Notes under the pieces: model-generated
Told to the model about the DNA's origin: nothing
Database searches by the model: none
Seen by the model: the letters and a program-made list of their open reading frames with translations, nothing else
Made by a program: the position numbers and the translations under genes
Part shown: positions 55,179 to 64,000 of the stretch, piece by piece
How positions within the stretch are numbered: position 1 is the stretch's first letter
How the letters are laid out: each line of letters opens with the position of its first letter
Source: Candidatus Daviesbacteria bacterium GW2011_GWA1_41_61
GTDB taxonomy: Bacteria; Patescibacteriota; Microgenomatia; Daviesbacterales; UBA10151
NCBI GenBank assembly: GCA_000997385.1
Contig: LCBT01000003.1
Location: 192,892 to 256,891 of the forward strand
DNA length: 64,000 bases
Reading direction: 5' to 3'

Positions 55179-58130
55179 TTAGTTGGGGTGGATGTCTTTA
55201 CCGTTTTGGGCAATAGTATTGGGACCTAAGTAGTTAATATTACCAGCTGAAGTTTTGGAATAGATTCCATAGGTGCTATTGTTGATAATTTGATTCATGG
55301 TAAATCTATTTTCTGAAGCGTTCTCTACCAAATATAGACCTATTTGGTTGTTGGTAATTAAATTACCGGTGACAAGATTTTCTTTAGTTTTGATATAGAC
55401 AGCTTGGTGATTGTTGCTAATTTTATTATTTAAAACAGTATTGTTATTAGAACCATCATAAATGTAAAAGCCATATTGTTTATTGTCTTCAATCTGATTC
55501 CCCTCAAATAAATTATCCATTGATGCCTTATTTATCCTAACCCCTCTTTGGTTTTTAGAAATAGTGTTGTTGCGGATAGTGTTATTGCTGGATTGATAGA
55601 CAACTATACCGTCAAGATTTCCACTAACGGTATTGTTTTCCACTAAATTATTATTAGAATTTTCATGAAGCATGATTCCATGGAGTTTATTATTATAGGA
55701 GAGGTTATTTCTAATGATGTTATTAAAACATCTTTTGGAAAAAATTAACCCATGGTTTCCGTTGTTATAAAATTTATTATTCTCCACGATAAAGTTATTG
55801 GAGTCATCGTGAGGGTCTAAACCATATTGAATGTTATCGAAAAATTCATTCCCCCTCCAAAGCATCGAAGTGGTTCCAAAAGTATAAGCTCCGAAATAAT
55901 TGTGGTGAAATTTACTGCTTAAAACTTCACCGGAGAGTAAATGTGTCCCCAATTTACCGTTACTCATCCGCCAGGCAACACCATAAACAGAGTCTTCAGT
56001 CGGTGCCGTTCTCCTATAGCCCAGATAAGCCAATTCCGAATCATAGATATCCATCCGGGAAAAATCCTTAACCAGGATATAGCTTCTGCCGTTTTTATAA
56101 TCCTTATCGAAATCATTATTATCCTCATCCCATGAGGTAATTTTGACACCCTTAATTAAAACCAGACCGTTATTAGATTTTAAATTTACAAAACCATTCT
56201 TATTACTGGCCAGTTTAAGCCAAGTCACTTCATCTTTATTTAAAGTTAACATTACTCCGTTTCTAACCCACAGGTTAGACCGCAAGATCCAATTTTGGGG
56301 GGATGTTTCTTCTAACTTTGTTTTTCCTACACTGGATTGGATATTCTTTAAAGTGACTTGTTTTCCTCTCCCCTGGACGATGATGGTGTTAGATGGTTGA
56401 TCAAAACTTATTTGCAAAATATCGGGGTTCTTTTTGGTATAGGAATAATTTGGCTGGAAATCAATAGAAAAATTCGACCTGGGGATATTTAAAATATAAC
56501 CGGGACTGATCTGATTCCAATTAGGCAAAATATTAATATTAGCCTTAAGAAGACTATCTGCGGTAATTCCATTAGCTTTGGCTATACGGGCCAAGGAATC
56601 CCCGGGCTTAACCGCATACCGGGTTACCAGCATCCGGTTAATGTTATCTAAAGATGAAGCTCCCGCTACCAATAATGTTTCATCAGTCTCAATATTAGTC
56701 AGGGTTACTAAGTTATTTGGTTGATTTGGTTGGATTGAAGATAAGACAGGTTGAAACTGTTGCCGGTACCAAAAAATTCCCCAAGCTAGGACTGCAAAAA
56801 CTAAAACAGTTGCTCCCCAGGCGGGAATTTTAGTTAAAAATTTAAATTGAGGAAGCCGGGAAGTATCCCATCTGGTTATCCAGCCCTGGGTATTTAAAGT
56901 AAACAGGGCATAAATTTTCATCCCGGCTGAGACAAAGCTAAGGAGAATGAAAGCAGGCAAGACAGTAATATCCTGAGGCCTTCTTTTAAGATGAGGATAT
57001 AATTTAATAGTTCTGCTTATAAACCACCAGACAAAAATAGCCAGTGCTAATGTCCAATGCTGTAGGGTTAAAGCAATCATAAAAAAGAGTGGGCTAAGCA
57101 GTATAGTAAATCCTTGAATAACCTTATCAACTTGAAAATAAGCCAAAGAGGGGTGGTGAAAAACCCAGCCATGATAGATTGCCCGAAGGTCTGCTCTTAA
57201 GGCATTCCTGGTCCAGCGGAGCCGTTGTTTTAAATAAGATTTTAAATCTTCAACACCCGGGGTAAAGACATGGGAAGTCATCTGATAGGCAACTTTCCAT
57301 CCAGAGGCCAGTACTAAATAAGTAAGTCTTTTATCATCTCCGCTGACTACTTTTTGCCCCCAAAAAGTTTCATTTACCAAATCTGGGATCATTGGAGTTA
57401 TCACATCCTTCCTATAAAAGGCAGTTCTCCCGGATAAACAGATTAGTGCATCACCGGCTGCTCCCAAAAATGGGAACTCATCAAAATAGCGGAGATCAAG
57501 TTGAATATCAAAGATTTTTTGGGCCAGTGTTTTAGGCTGCAAGACATTTTGTCTGGTAGCAACCCCGGCAATTTGGGGATTCTCAAAGGGAATCAAGCCA
57601 TTTTTTAAAGTATCCTCCGACCAGATAGTATCACTATCAACTAAAGCTACTACCTCTCCTATGGATGCTTTTATTCCATCAGCTAAGGCTTCCCTTTTCC
57701 CATATTTTTGAGTGATAATTAATCTAGCTTTGGAAAAAACTTTTTGAAAATCCTCAAAGATTTTAAGACATTTTATATCTGTATAATCAATAACTGCAAT
57801 AATTTCTTGGGGAGAATTTTTAGCCCAGGAAACTAGGGCATCAATAAAAACTTTGGGATTTTCATTATAGACCGGAGTAATTACAGAGACTGACGTTTTA
57901 AAATAACCTTTTTTAGGGTGATAAAATTGGGCCACTGTTTTTTTAAACAGCCATGTTCCCCATCTCCAAAGACCAATAATTCCCAGGGGTAAATAAAAAG
58001 TAACCCACTGCCAATAAGTGGTAAATACCCTGGTCAAAGATTCCGCTATCGGGCTGACAACTGGACTTATTGAGGGCAGTTCAAAGACAAATTTAATGTT
58101 GGATGGATCGGTCGGCCAGATAACGTCCAT
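55179..58130 (-). CDS. Fusion protein: processive family-2 glycosyltransferase (polysaccharide synthase, multi-TM) + LysM + C-terminal parallel beta-helix with AlgG/AlgE-type YG-x-DPHD motif (C5-epimerase/lyase-like)
   Basis: GT2: ISVITPVYNE, ALVDSDTIW (DxD), LKQRLRWTRN (QxxRW), 6-8 TM helices. LysM: YAVKPGDSLARIAKANGITADSLLKANINILP. Beta-helix: NIQYGLDPHDDSNN, then ~12 PbH1 repeats (NNxISNN...). Confidence 0.8.
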   Translation of the reverse strand: MDVIWPTDPSNIKFVFELPSISPVVSPIAESLTRVFTTYWQWVTFYLPLGIIGLWRWGTWLFKKTVAQFYHPKKGYFKTSVSVITPVYNENPKVFIDALVSWAKNSPQEIIAVIDYTDIKCLKIFEDFQKVFSKARLIITQKYGKREALADGIKASIGEVVALVDSDTIWSEDTLKNGLIPFENPQIAGVATRQNVLQPKTLAQKIFDIQLDLRYFDEFPFLGAAGDALICLSGRTAFYRKDVITPMIPDLVNETFWGQKVVSGDDKRLTYLVLASGWKVAYQMTSHVFTPGVEDLKSYLKQRLRWTRNALRADLRAIYHGWVFHHPSLAYFQVDKVIQGFTILLSPLFFMIALTLQHWTLALAIFVWWFISRTIKLYPHLKRRPQDITVLPAFILLSFVSAGMKIYALFTLNTQGWITRWDTSRLPQFKFLTKIPAWGATVLVFAVLAWGIFWYRQQFQPVLSSIQPNQPNNLVTLTNIETDETLLVAGASSLDNINRMLVTRYAVKPGDSLARIAKANGITADSLLKANINILPNWNQISPGYILNIPRSNFSIDFQPNYSYTKKNPDILQISFDQPSNTIIVQGRGKQVTLKNIQSSVGKTKLEETSPQNWILRSNLWVRNGVMLTLNKDEVTWLKLASNKNGFVNLKSNNGLVLIKGVKITSWDEDNNDFDKDYKNGRSYILVKDFSRMDIYDSELAYLGYRRTAPTEDSVYGVAWRMSNGKLGTHLLSGEVLSSKFHHNYFGAYTFGTTSMLWRGNEFFDNIQYGLDPHDDSNNFIVENNKFYNNGNHGLIFSKRCFNNIIRNNLSYNNKLHGIMLHENSNNNLVENNTVSGNLDGIVVYQSSNNTIRNNTISKNQRGVRINKASMDNLFEGNQIEDNKQYGFYIYDGSNNNTVLNNKISNNHQAVYIKTKENLVTGNLITNNQIGLYLVENASENRFTMNQIINNSTYGIYSKTSAGNINYLGPNTIAQNGKDIHPN

Positions 58131-59061
58131 AGGTTTTATCCCTTTTTGGCTGTGGCGTGTTTTTTTGTTTCTCCGGGTGTTTTTGGGCTATCTGTTCATT
58201 AACTTTAATGGTTTGCTTTAGCAAATCAGCTGAGAGACCGTTGTCTTCAACCCAACTTAAAAATGCCCGGGTATCTTTGGGAAGACAATTACCGCTAAAA
58301 GGGCCTTGGTCTTTTAATCCATAAAATGGGTTCCAATTTCCTTCCGCACTTTCTGCTACCAGGGGAAAGATTAGCTCTGGATCTAACCCGGCGTTTTGAG
58401 TAATCTGTCTCATTTCATTAAAGAAAGTAATTTTGACAGCATTAAAAAGGTTGTGGATATATTTTTGAATTTCTGCTTCTTGAAGTGAAACTCTATACTT
58501 GGGGCAATCAAAATCCTCGTAAATCTCCTCCAGTAAATTACCCGATCTGTGGTCATATTCTCCGATCACGATTACCCAAGATTTGAGGAAATCTTCATCA
58601 GCAAATCTCTCCCGTAGGTATTCTGGGTTCATACAGATTCCAAAATTTTTCCCCACACTTTTACCGGAGTATTTTTCGATAAGTTTAACAACCAGATTTT
58701 CAGTGGTTCCGGGTAAAACTGTGCTTTTGACTACCACCAAGTGGTATTTATTTAAAGCATATAACCTTTTGCCTAAATATTTAGAGGCTTCCTCCATCAT
58801 GTTTAAGTTAATCCGTTCATTTTCAGTGGGGGTGGGGACAGATAAAAAGGAGACATCGAAATCAAAAGTACCGTTTTTGAGCTCATCAGGGTGGTAAGCT
58901 TTAAAACCCTCCTCTCTTAATTTTTGGACCTTCAAGGGATTAATATCTAAAAAAGTCACGTTAAACCCTAAAGAAGAAAAACCTTTGCCGGTGGCTTGCC
59001 CCACAAATCCAGAACCAATGATGCAAATTTTTGGTTTTAATTTCTTCACCATTCTGTTCAT
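58093..59061 (-). CDS. Nucleotide-sugar 6-dehydrogenase (UDP-glucose/GDP-mannose dehydrogenase family), apparently lacking the C-terminal nucleotide-sugar-binding domain
   Basis: ICIIGSGFVGQATG Rossmann motif. NPEYLRE. Catalytic Cys in SGNCLPKD. Ends after the central domain (322 aa). 3' end overlaps the GT2 fusion gene by 38 nt. Confidence 0.75.
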   Translation of the reverse strand: MNRMVKKLKPKICIIGSGFVGQATGKGFSSLGFNVTFLDINPLKVQKLREEGFKAYHPDELKNGTFDFDVSFLSVPTPTENERINLNMMEEASKYLGKRLYALNKYHLVVVKSTVLPGTTENLVVKLIEKYSGKSVGKNFGICMNPEYLRERFADEDFLKSWVIVIGEYDHRSGNLLEEIYEDFDCPKYRVSLQEAEIQKYIHNLFNAVKITFFNEMRQITQNAGLDPELIFPLVAESAEGNWNPFYGLKDQGPFSGNCLPKDTRAFLSWVEDNGLSADLLKQTIKVNEQIAQKHPEKQKNTPQPKRDKTYGRYLADRSIQH

Positions 59062-59190
59062 AGAAGTTTCTTAAGTCTTGCTCTCCTTAAGAAGCAATTT
59101 GGACTTTTATTGAAACTGTGAGCATCTTAATTTACCAGGGTAAGAAGTAAAATTATTCACGGTAATAGCTTTGTAAGAGTTTAATCTCCG

Positions 59191-60510
59191 CTATTTCTTA
59201 ATGATCGTAGTTAGACGAATTTGATAATCGCCATCTTCTAATAGATATGTAAGAAAGGTTTGCTGGGTAGTTTGATTATTTACTACGCTGGGGTACATGG
59301 CATTATCAGCTATTTTATTTTGAAAGATCTTCTCATTTAAGCGGTTTAATACCCTGATCAAAATTTGACCCTCAGAGGGATTTTCATTGGGAAAATCAGC
59401 CCTTTTGTTGCTTTCCATCCAAGTGATATAAACATTGTCTGACAAGTCACTCCCTACACTGGGAAAGAATTGATATGAACCAGAAGGAGAAACGAGCTTT
59501 GGCTTAGACCATTTATCCCCTTGGGAAAGGGAAATAAAAATTTGGCTTTTTCCTTTGTCTTGGTCAGGTGAACGCCAGACAGCAATGATCTGATTTTGAT
59601 TGGTAACTGCTGCACTGACATGCCGGGAGTCAAAGTTATTTTGGGAAATGTTCTCCCATTGACTCCACTTTATTCCGTCATCAGAAAAGGAATGCCAAAT
59701 TTGCTGATAAGGCTGATTAAAAGCAGAGTACATGAAAACATGCAGCCTTCCCTTATGATCTTCCAGGATGGTAGGCCGCGATTGTGAGTCATTGGAAGAT
59801 GGCTGGATGTTGATCCATTTTGACCAAGTATTACCCCCATCTTCTGAGCTGGAGAGTTTAATTTGCTGATTTTGATGTTCCATATCTTTTCCTTCCCAAA
59901 CAACATATATCTTGCCGTTTTTAGTGACTGCTATATCCGGATGTTCCTGCCATAAAGACTGATCTTTGAATCCTTCGACATAAGAAATATTAATTGCTTT
60001 ACTCCAAATTTGGCCACCATTTTGGGAACGGCTGTATTTAATTTGCCGGTCCCCTTCCCTTTCTTTGGAGTCAGCCCCATACCAGACAAGGTGAATATTA
60101 TTATCCGTATCAACAACTAAAGAAGGAACCCGTTGATTAGTCTTATTAGTTATTGATGAAATTGGTTGATCAGTATGAGTAACCTGCCATGTTCCAGTCC
60201 TTTCTTTGATCACCTTTGCCACATAGACCTGATAAATTTGATTAAACTTTTTCCGGTATCCGATATACAGATTTCCTTGTAAATCTTGAGCCATCTTTTT
60301 TTGTCCGCTATAGCCTAAAGCCCTTTCATCTTCAGTAGTATCTATGACGATAGTGGAAGAAACAACTACAGGTGGGTGCAACTTTTTTTCTTTTTGTCCC
60401 GCCGGCCATCCTTCATATAGAAAATAACTACTTATTATTAAGGCCAGCACAATTAATCCGTATTTGAATTTTGATGATTTCCATAAATTACTTAGGACGG
60501 GTGGAACCAT
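59191..60510 (-). CDS. Membrane-anchored BNR/Asp-box repeat (sialidase-like beta-propeller) protein
   Basis: Four S-x-D-x-G-x-T-W Asp-boxes (SRSQNGGQIWS, SSSEDGGNTWS, SFSDDGIKWS, SLSQGDKWS). N-terminal TM helix. Confidence 0.7.
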   Translation of the reverse strand: MVPPVLSNLWKSSKFKYGLIVLALIISSYFLYEGWPAGQKEKKLHPPVVVSSTIVIDTTEDERALGYSGQKKMAQDLQGNLYIGYRKKFNQIYQVYVAKVIKERTGTWQVTHTDQPISSITNKTNQRVPSLVVDTDNNIHLVWYGADSKEREGDRQIKYSRSQNGGQIWSKAINISYVEGFKDQSLWQEHPDIAVTKNGKIYVVWEGKDMEHQNQQIKLSSSEDGGNTWSKWINIQPSSNDSQSRPTILEDHKGRLHVFMYSAFNQPYQQIWHSFSDDGIKWSQWENISQNNFDSRHVSAAVTNQNQIIAVWRSPDQDKGKSQIFISLSQGDKWSKPKLVSPSGSYQFFPSVGSDLSDNVYITWMESNKRADFPNENPSEGQILIRVLNRLNEKIFQNKIADNAMYPSVVNNQTTQQTFLTYLLEDGDYQIRLTTIIKK

Positions 60511-60682
60511 ATTGTGGTCTAATGATCTAATACAACTGTGTAAATTACTTAATTTTTAGGTAAATTTTAAGTAAGCCCTAAAAAACGATGGCTGTTAACA
60601 AAACCCTTACATTATTTTATTTGAGATCTTAACAGTTGGTCTTAAGATTGTTCCAGTTTCATAAATTATAAGGGGGTGAAAG

Positions 60683-60934
60683 ATGAATATAATTGCTTGG
60701 ATATTATTCGGATTAATAGTTGGAGTAATCGCTAATATGGTTGATCCAGCCCCTCAAAGAGGAGGGATAGCGGGAGCGATAGTTCTAGGAGTTGTTGGGG
60801 CATTGCTGGGAGGATTTTTAGGCAGTCTGCTTTTGGGTATTGGAGTGACAGGCTTTGACCTTTCATCAATGATTCTAGCCATATTAGGCGCCTTACTGGT
60901 GCTTTTTATCGGCCGTGCCTGGAGGAGAATCTAA
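60683..60934 (+). CDS. GlsB/YeaQ/YmgE-family small membrane protein
   Basis: MNIIAWILFGLIVGVIANMV...GIAGAIVLGVVGALLGGFLG signature. RBS gggggtgaaag. Confidence 0.75.
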   Translation: MNIIAWILFGLIVGVIANMVDPAPQRGGIAGAIVLGVVGALLGGFLGSLLLGIGVTGFDLSSMILAILGALLVLFIGRAWRRI

Positions 60935-60961
60935 CCGCCCCTTTTGCCGGGGCGGTTGATG
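60935..60961 (+). terminator. GC hairpin CCGCCCC-ttttgcc-GGGGCGG after the glsB-like stop (weak U-tract)
   Basis: Seen in sequence immediately 3' of the stop codon. Confidence 0.35.
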
Positions 60962-61068
60962 TAATTACTTCCGTAATTAGGTGTAATTTCTACCGAAATT
61001 ATTACCTGTTCTTTATAGGATTATTACCCCCAAAAATTACCATTATTAATATTAAGCAACTCAAATAT

Positions 61069-61740
61069 ATGCTGTCAGATAACTCTTTAAAAAAATTGGA
61101 GACTTTCTTCAGTAGTTACAAACCGTTGCGTTTTAAAAGAAGGGAAATTGTTTTATATGCTGATGAACAAGTAACTAATATTTTCTATATCCGTAGCGGT
61201 TACGTCCGGGTTTACCGCATCTCTGAATTAGGTGAGGAGTTAACAATTACTATTTTAAAACCTTTAGACCTCTTCCCTATCTCTTGGGGGATAGACCATA
61301 CCCCTAACCCCTATTATTTGGAAGCAATTACTTCTTTAGAGGTTTACCGGGTATCTCAGGCACAATTTTTAAGATATATCAGGTCACAACCGGATACTTT
61401 TTATGAGTTGGCTAGTAAAATGTTGGCCAGGTTTGACAGGTTGTTAACCAGGATGGAGTATTTAGTTACCGGTAGAGCTTACACTAAAGTTGCTTCAATA
61501 ATTCTAGTTTGCGCTGCCAGCTTTGGGCAAAAACAAGGGGCCAATGTTGTTCTTAGTATCCCTTTAACACACCGCGATATTGCAGCTTTAGTAGGCATTA
61601 CCCGGGAGACAACCTGTTTGGAGATGAAAAAATTAGAGAAAAAGGGATTAATCAGTCACTTGGGAAGGCAGTTAATTGTTAAGGATCTTAAAAAATTAGA
61701 AGAGGAATCAGCCTTTTTAGGTGAGGGAACAGCCTTTTAA
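61069..61740 (+). CDS. Crp/Fnr-family transcriptional regulator
   Basis: cNMP-binding beta-roll (RREIVLYADEQVTNIFYIRSGYVRVY) and C-terminal HTH LTHRDIAALVGITRETTCLEMKKLEKKGLI. Confidence 0.8.
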   Translation: MLSDNSLKKLETFFSSYKPLRFKRREIVLYADEQVTNIFYIRSGYVRVYRISELGEELTITILKPLDLFPISWGIDHTPNPYYLEAITSLEVYRVSQAQFLRYIRSQPDTFYELASKMLARFDRLLTRMEYLVTGRAYTKVASIILVCAASFGQKQGANVVLSIPLTHRDIAALVGITRETTCLEMKKLEKKGLISHLGRQLIVKDLKKLEEESAFLGEGTAF

Positions 61741-62318
61741 AGTTGTCCTCTTAGGGGAGGCATATTATTTTCTAAAACTTCTATTCGTAAAGCTCCGTGG
61801 GACAAAAGAATTTCATACCAATTTTCCTCTTCATATTCAGGAATAATCATTACTACTCCCCCTGAGTTTACCAATTGAGTGAAGAAGTGGCAGTTTTCGG
61901 ATGAGATACCAATACATCTTAAGAAGTCAGAAAGCATGGCTTGGTCTTTTTTGACATGAGAATCACAAACCGCTTGGATATCAGAACAGCTTAACTCCTC
62001 AATACCATTATAAGGCAAATCTTGATTGGTACCAGAGGGAGCCGCCAGATAGGTTAATTTTAAAATTACGGCGATGGGACCGCTAATTATAAAACTTCCT
62101 AAAGCCGGAAGCAGCGGAGACATGGAAAGGATCTTTTCCAGTTCCAACCCAACCGCTTCCGGTTGTATAAAAGTCACAATCTCTCCCCGGTCACTTTTGC
62201 CAACCTCTTCTTTCTCCAGTTTTATAATAACTGAAACATCTTCTAGATTATACCCTTTGACCTCCAATTCATGGATCATTCTTTCTACCCCACGTTGATC
62301 AAATCCGGCTATTAACAT
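61737..62318 (-). CDS. Hypothetical protein (193 aa)
   Basis: ORF convergent with crp, 4-nt overlap. Confidence 0.5.
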   Translation of the reverse strand: MLIAGFDQRGVERMIHELEVKGYNLEDVSVIIKLEKEEVGKSDRGEIVTFIQPEAVGLELEKILSMSPLLPALGSFIISGPIAVILKLTYLAAPSGTNQDLPYNGIEELSCSDIQAVCDSHVKKDQAMLSDFLRCIGISSENCHFFTQLVNSGGVVMIIPEYEEENWYEILLSHGALRIEVLENNMPPLRGQL

Positions 62319-62440
62319 AAGGTATATAAAGGATATACTTAAAGCTATTTTTATGCTGTAACTAAAGTTACATAATTTGCTAGGTTGACTAAAAAAGCAA
62401 TCTTCTTTATGATCAAAAGACTAGAAGGGAGGTGAAGTTT

Positions 62441-62695
62441 ATGGATACAAATCAAGATCCACAAGGTCAAACTCCGGTAGCAGACCCAACCCAGACTGCA
62501 GACCCTGGAGCAGTAGCAGATTCTACTACTCCTGTTGTGCCCGCAAATGATTCTGCTGTTAATACTCCAACTTCTGGAGATGAATCAGGAGAGGCTCTAC
62601 CTACAGCAGCTGTGGGAGGTGATACAGCTGGAGATACAGCTCCAAATGAGGAACAAGCTCCTGCTCAGATGCCGTCTGACGCGCCAGAAGCCTAA
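62441..62695 (+). CDS. Small acidic low-complexity protein (P/T/A/D-rich)
   Basis: RBS gaagggaggtgaag upstream. MDTNQDPQGQTPVADPTQTADPGAV... Confidence 0.35.
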   Translation: MDTNQDPQGQTPVADPTQTADPGAVADSTTPVVPANDSAVNTPTSGDESGEALPTAAVGGDTAGDTAPNEEQAPAQMPSDAPEA

Positions 62696-62836
62696 ATTTA
62701 AGGTTTCCTCTATAGAGCACAGAAGCTGCTCAGTTAACTATTTAAAAACTGGGCAGCTTTTTTGTGACAAAGCACCACTTTACTTTCAAGATTAAAGTCG
62801 ATAATATAAAGTTAGAAAGGTGGTGAATGTTTAAAG

Positions 62837-63106
62837 TTGAAAAAATTATACGTTGGTAACCTTCCGTGGTCAGTTGATGATAACAAGTTAGCAGAGTTAT
62901 TCAGCAAATACTCTTCTGTAACTTCAGCGACTGTTTTAAAAGATCGGGAGACTAACCGCAGTCGTGGTTTTGGTTTTGTGGAGCTTTCTGATGACGAAGA
63001 GGCCAAAAAAGCTATTGAAGAGATAAGCGGTTTAGATATTGATGGTCGGAAATTAATTGTTAACGAAGCCAGACCCCGAGAAGATAAAAAACCAGGTCAG
63101 TTTTAA
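62837..63106 (+). CDS. RRM-type RNA-binding protein (TTG start)
   Basis: RNP-2 KLYVGNL and RNP-1 RGFGFVEL. RBS aggtggtga 12 nt upstream. Confidence 0.8.
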   Translation: MKKLYVGNLPWSVDDNKLAELFSKYSSVTSATVLKDRETNRSRGFGFVELSDDEEAKKAIEEISGLDIDGRKLIVNEARPREDKKPGQF

Positions 63107-63115
63107 CAGATTAGG

Positions 63116-64000
63116 TTAGAGAAGTTCAATATAAGTTTTTAAATCAATTAAGCCATTTATTCTGAGGCGTGGCATATTATAGATCGTGCCTTCAGATTGA
63201 AAGTGGTTGGGCCAGGTGCCTAAAGCGCCGACAAAACCTGCTTTTTGAACCTGGGAGACTATTAAGTTATTTAAACTTCCGCCCGGATAAGCAAAAAAGT
63301 TGATGGGAATCCCCAGACGGTTTTGAAGTTCTCTTTTACTCTGGGAAATTTCCTGCCAGGACTCATCACCGGAGATCGAGGTTAGGCTATAGTGATTTAC
63401 TGTATGGGCTCCGAAAGTAATGAGTCCCTGCCGGGACATCAGTTGTATTTGAGGCCACGTCAAATAGGCCCTTTTTTCCATTAAACCAGTGGGAATAAAG
63501 ACTGTGGCTTTAAAGTTAAACTCCTGTAAGATAGGATAAGCATTGGTATAAAAATCTTCATAGCCGTCATCAAAGGTGAGGATGATTGGTTTAGAAGGCA
63601 AAGTGGTCTGTTTTTTTAAAGCAGCATAAAGGGTATCCAAGGAGATGGTTTGATAACTCTGATCAGACAAGTATTTCATCTGTTGTTTAAAATTATCAGG
63701 GTTAGTAGCCAGGATATACCTGGCCTTATCAGCAGGATCAGGGTTATAGCCGATATAATGGTACATTAATATTGGCACTTTTAGCTGGTAGCCGGAATGG
63801 ATAGTGTAGGATTTTGTAGGTTTAGGGGTAATTTTTTGGGGTAAAGCACTTGGTTGAAGTGTAGTGGTGGTTAATTTAAAAGGATTATCAGCATCCTTTT
63901 TTAAGTTGCTGGCAGAAGGCAGCAAGATAAACTGAGCTAATAAAAAACCAGCCAGGATTAAAGAAGCTATTCCCCAGAGAGGAAATCTCCATTTTTTAAG
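63116..64000 (-). CDS. Polysaccharide deacetylase (NodB-homology domain), membrane anchored. 5' end beyond the window
   Basis: ILTFDDGYEDFYTNAYPILQEFNFKATVFIPTG, then HTVNH. The reading frame stays open to position 64000 through a TM-like WRFPLWGIASLILAGFLLAQFILL. Confidence 0.75.
   Translation of the reverse strand, partial: LKKWRFPLWGIASLILAGFLLAQFILLPSASNLKKDADNPFKLTTTTLQPSALPQKITPKPTKSYTIHSGYQLKVPILMYHYIGYNPDPADKARYILATNPDNFKQQMKYLSDQSYQTISLDTLYAALKKQTTLPSKPIILTFDDGYEDFYTNAYPILQEFNFKATVFIPTGLMEKRAYLTWPQIQLMSRQGLITFGAHTVNHYSLTSISGDESWQEISQSKRELQNRLGIPINFFAYPGGSLNNLIVSQVQKAGFVGALGTWPNHFQSEGTIYNMPRLRINGLIDLKTYIELL

Overview
The window is a 64-kb stretch of an AT-rich (~38-40% GC) bacterial genome. 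The gene content resembles a small-genome, Gram-positive-like or Patescibacteria/CPR-like organism: pared-down pheT and thrS, MurT/GatD lipid-II amidation genes, a sortase, many small secreted or membrane hypotheticals, and two-component signalling. This taxonomic placement is inference.

Recognisable core genes:
- ATP synthase atpA (partial), atpG and atpD, with atpC displaced ~6 kb downstream.
- A DEAD-box helicase, typA/bipA and a class-A PBP.
- pheS-pheT, and the classic thrS-infC-rpmI-rplT cluster.
- nrdR, murT/gatD, an RRM-type RNA-binding protein and a Crp/Fnr regulator.
- Ten canonical tRNAs (Tyr, Val-GAC, Leu-TAG, a Leu-CAG/Leu-GAG/Val-TAC/Phe?-GAA array, Gly-GCC, Gln-TTG), of which the Phe-GAA call is non-canonical, plus a 24-nt tRNA 3'-end fragment.

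Accessory or decayed material is abundant:
- A sigma-70 region-4-only fragment lies next to an IS1634/IS4-like transposase remnant.
- A beta-carbonic-anhydrase-like gene is frameshifted.
- GalU-like, LD-carboxypeptidase-like and HTH fragments are present.
- A ~3.3-kb islet is bounded by tRNA-Leu and a direct repeat of its 3' end.
- A gene fusing a metallopeptidase-like HExxH domain to an alginate/heparinase-type polysaccharide-lyase domain is flanked by GC-rich palindromic blocks and 16-nt direct repeats next to tRNA-Gln.

Two loci look most novel.
- 46.9-52.5 kb: a sortase sits next to three large secreted proteins built from one previously unrecognised ~60-90-aa repeat family (GNGSDSDN...ADTGNN...TGDA). 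One of them ends in an LPISG, hydrophobic, basic sorting-signal-like tail.
- 53.8-60.5 kb: a compact exopolysaccharide locus that looks alginate-like. A nucleotide-sugar 6-dehydrogenase (AlgD/Ugd family) overlaps a single 983-aa polypeptide that fuses a processive GT2 synthase (QRLRW) to LysM and a C-terminal parallel beta-helix carrying the YG-x-DPHD epimerase/lyase motif of AlgG/AlgE. A second beta-helix protein and a BNR/Asp-box beta-propeller protein follow.

All calls come from reading the sequence and ORF translations. No database searches were possible.
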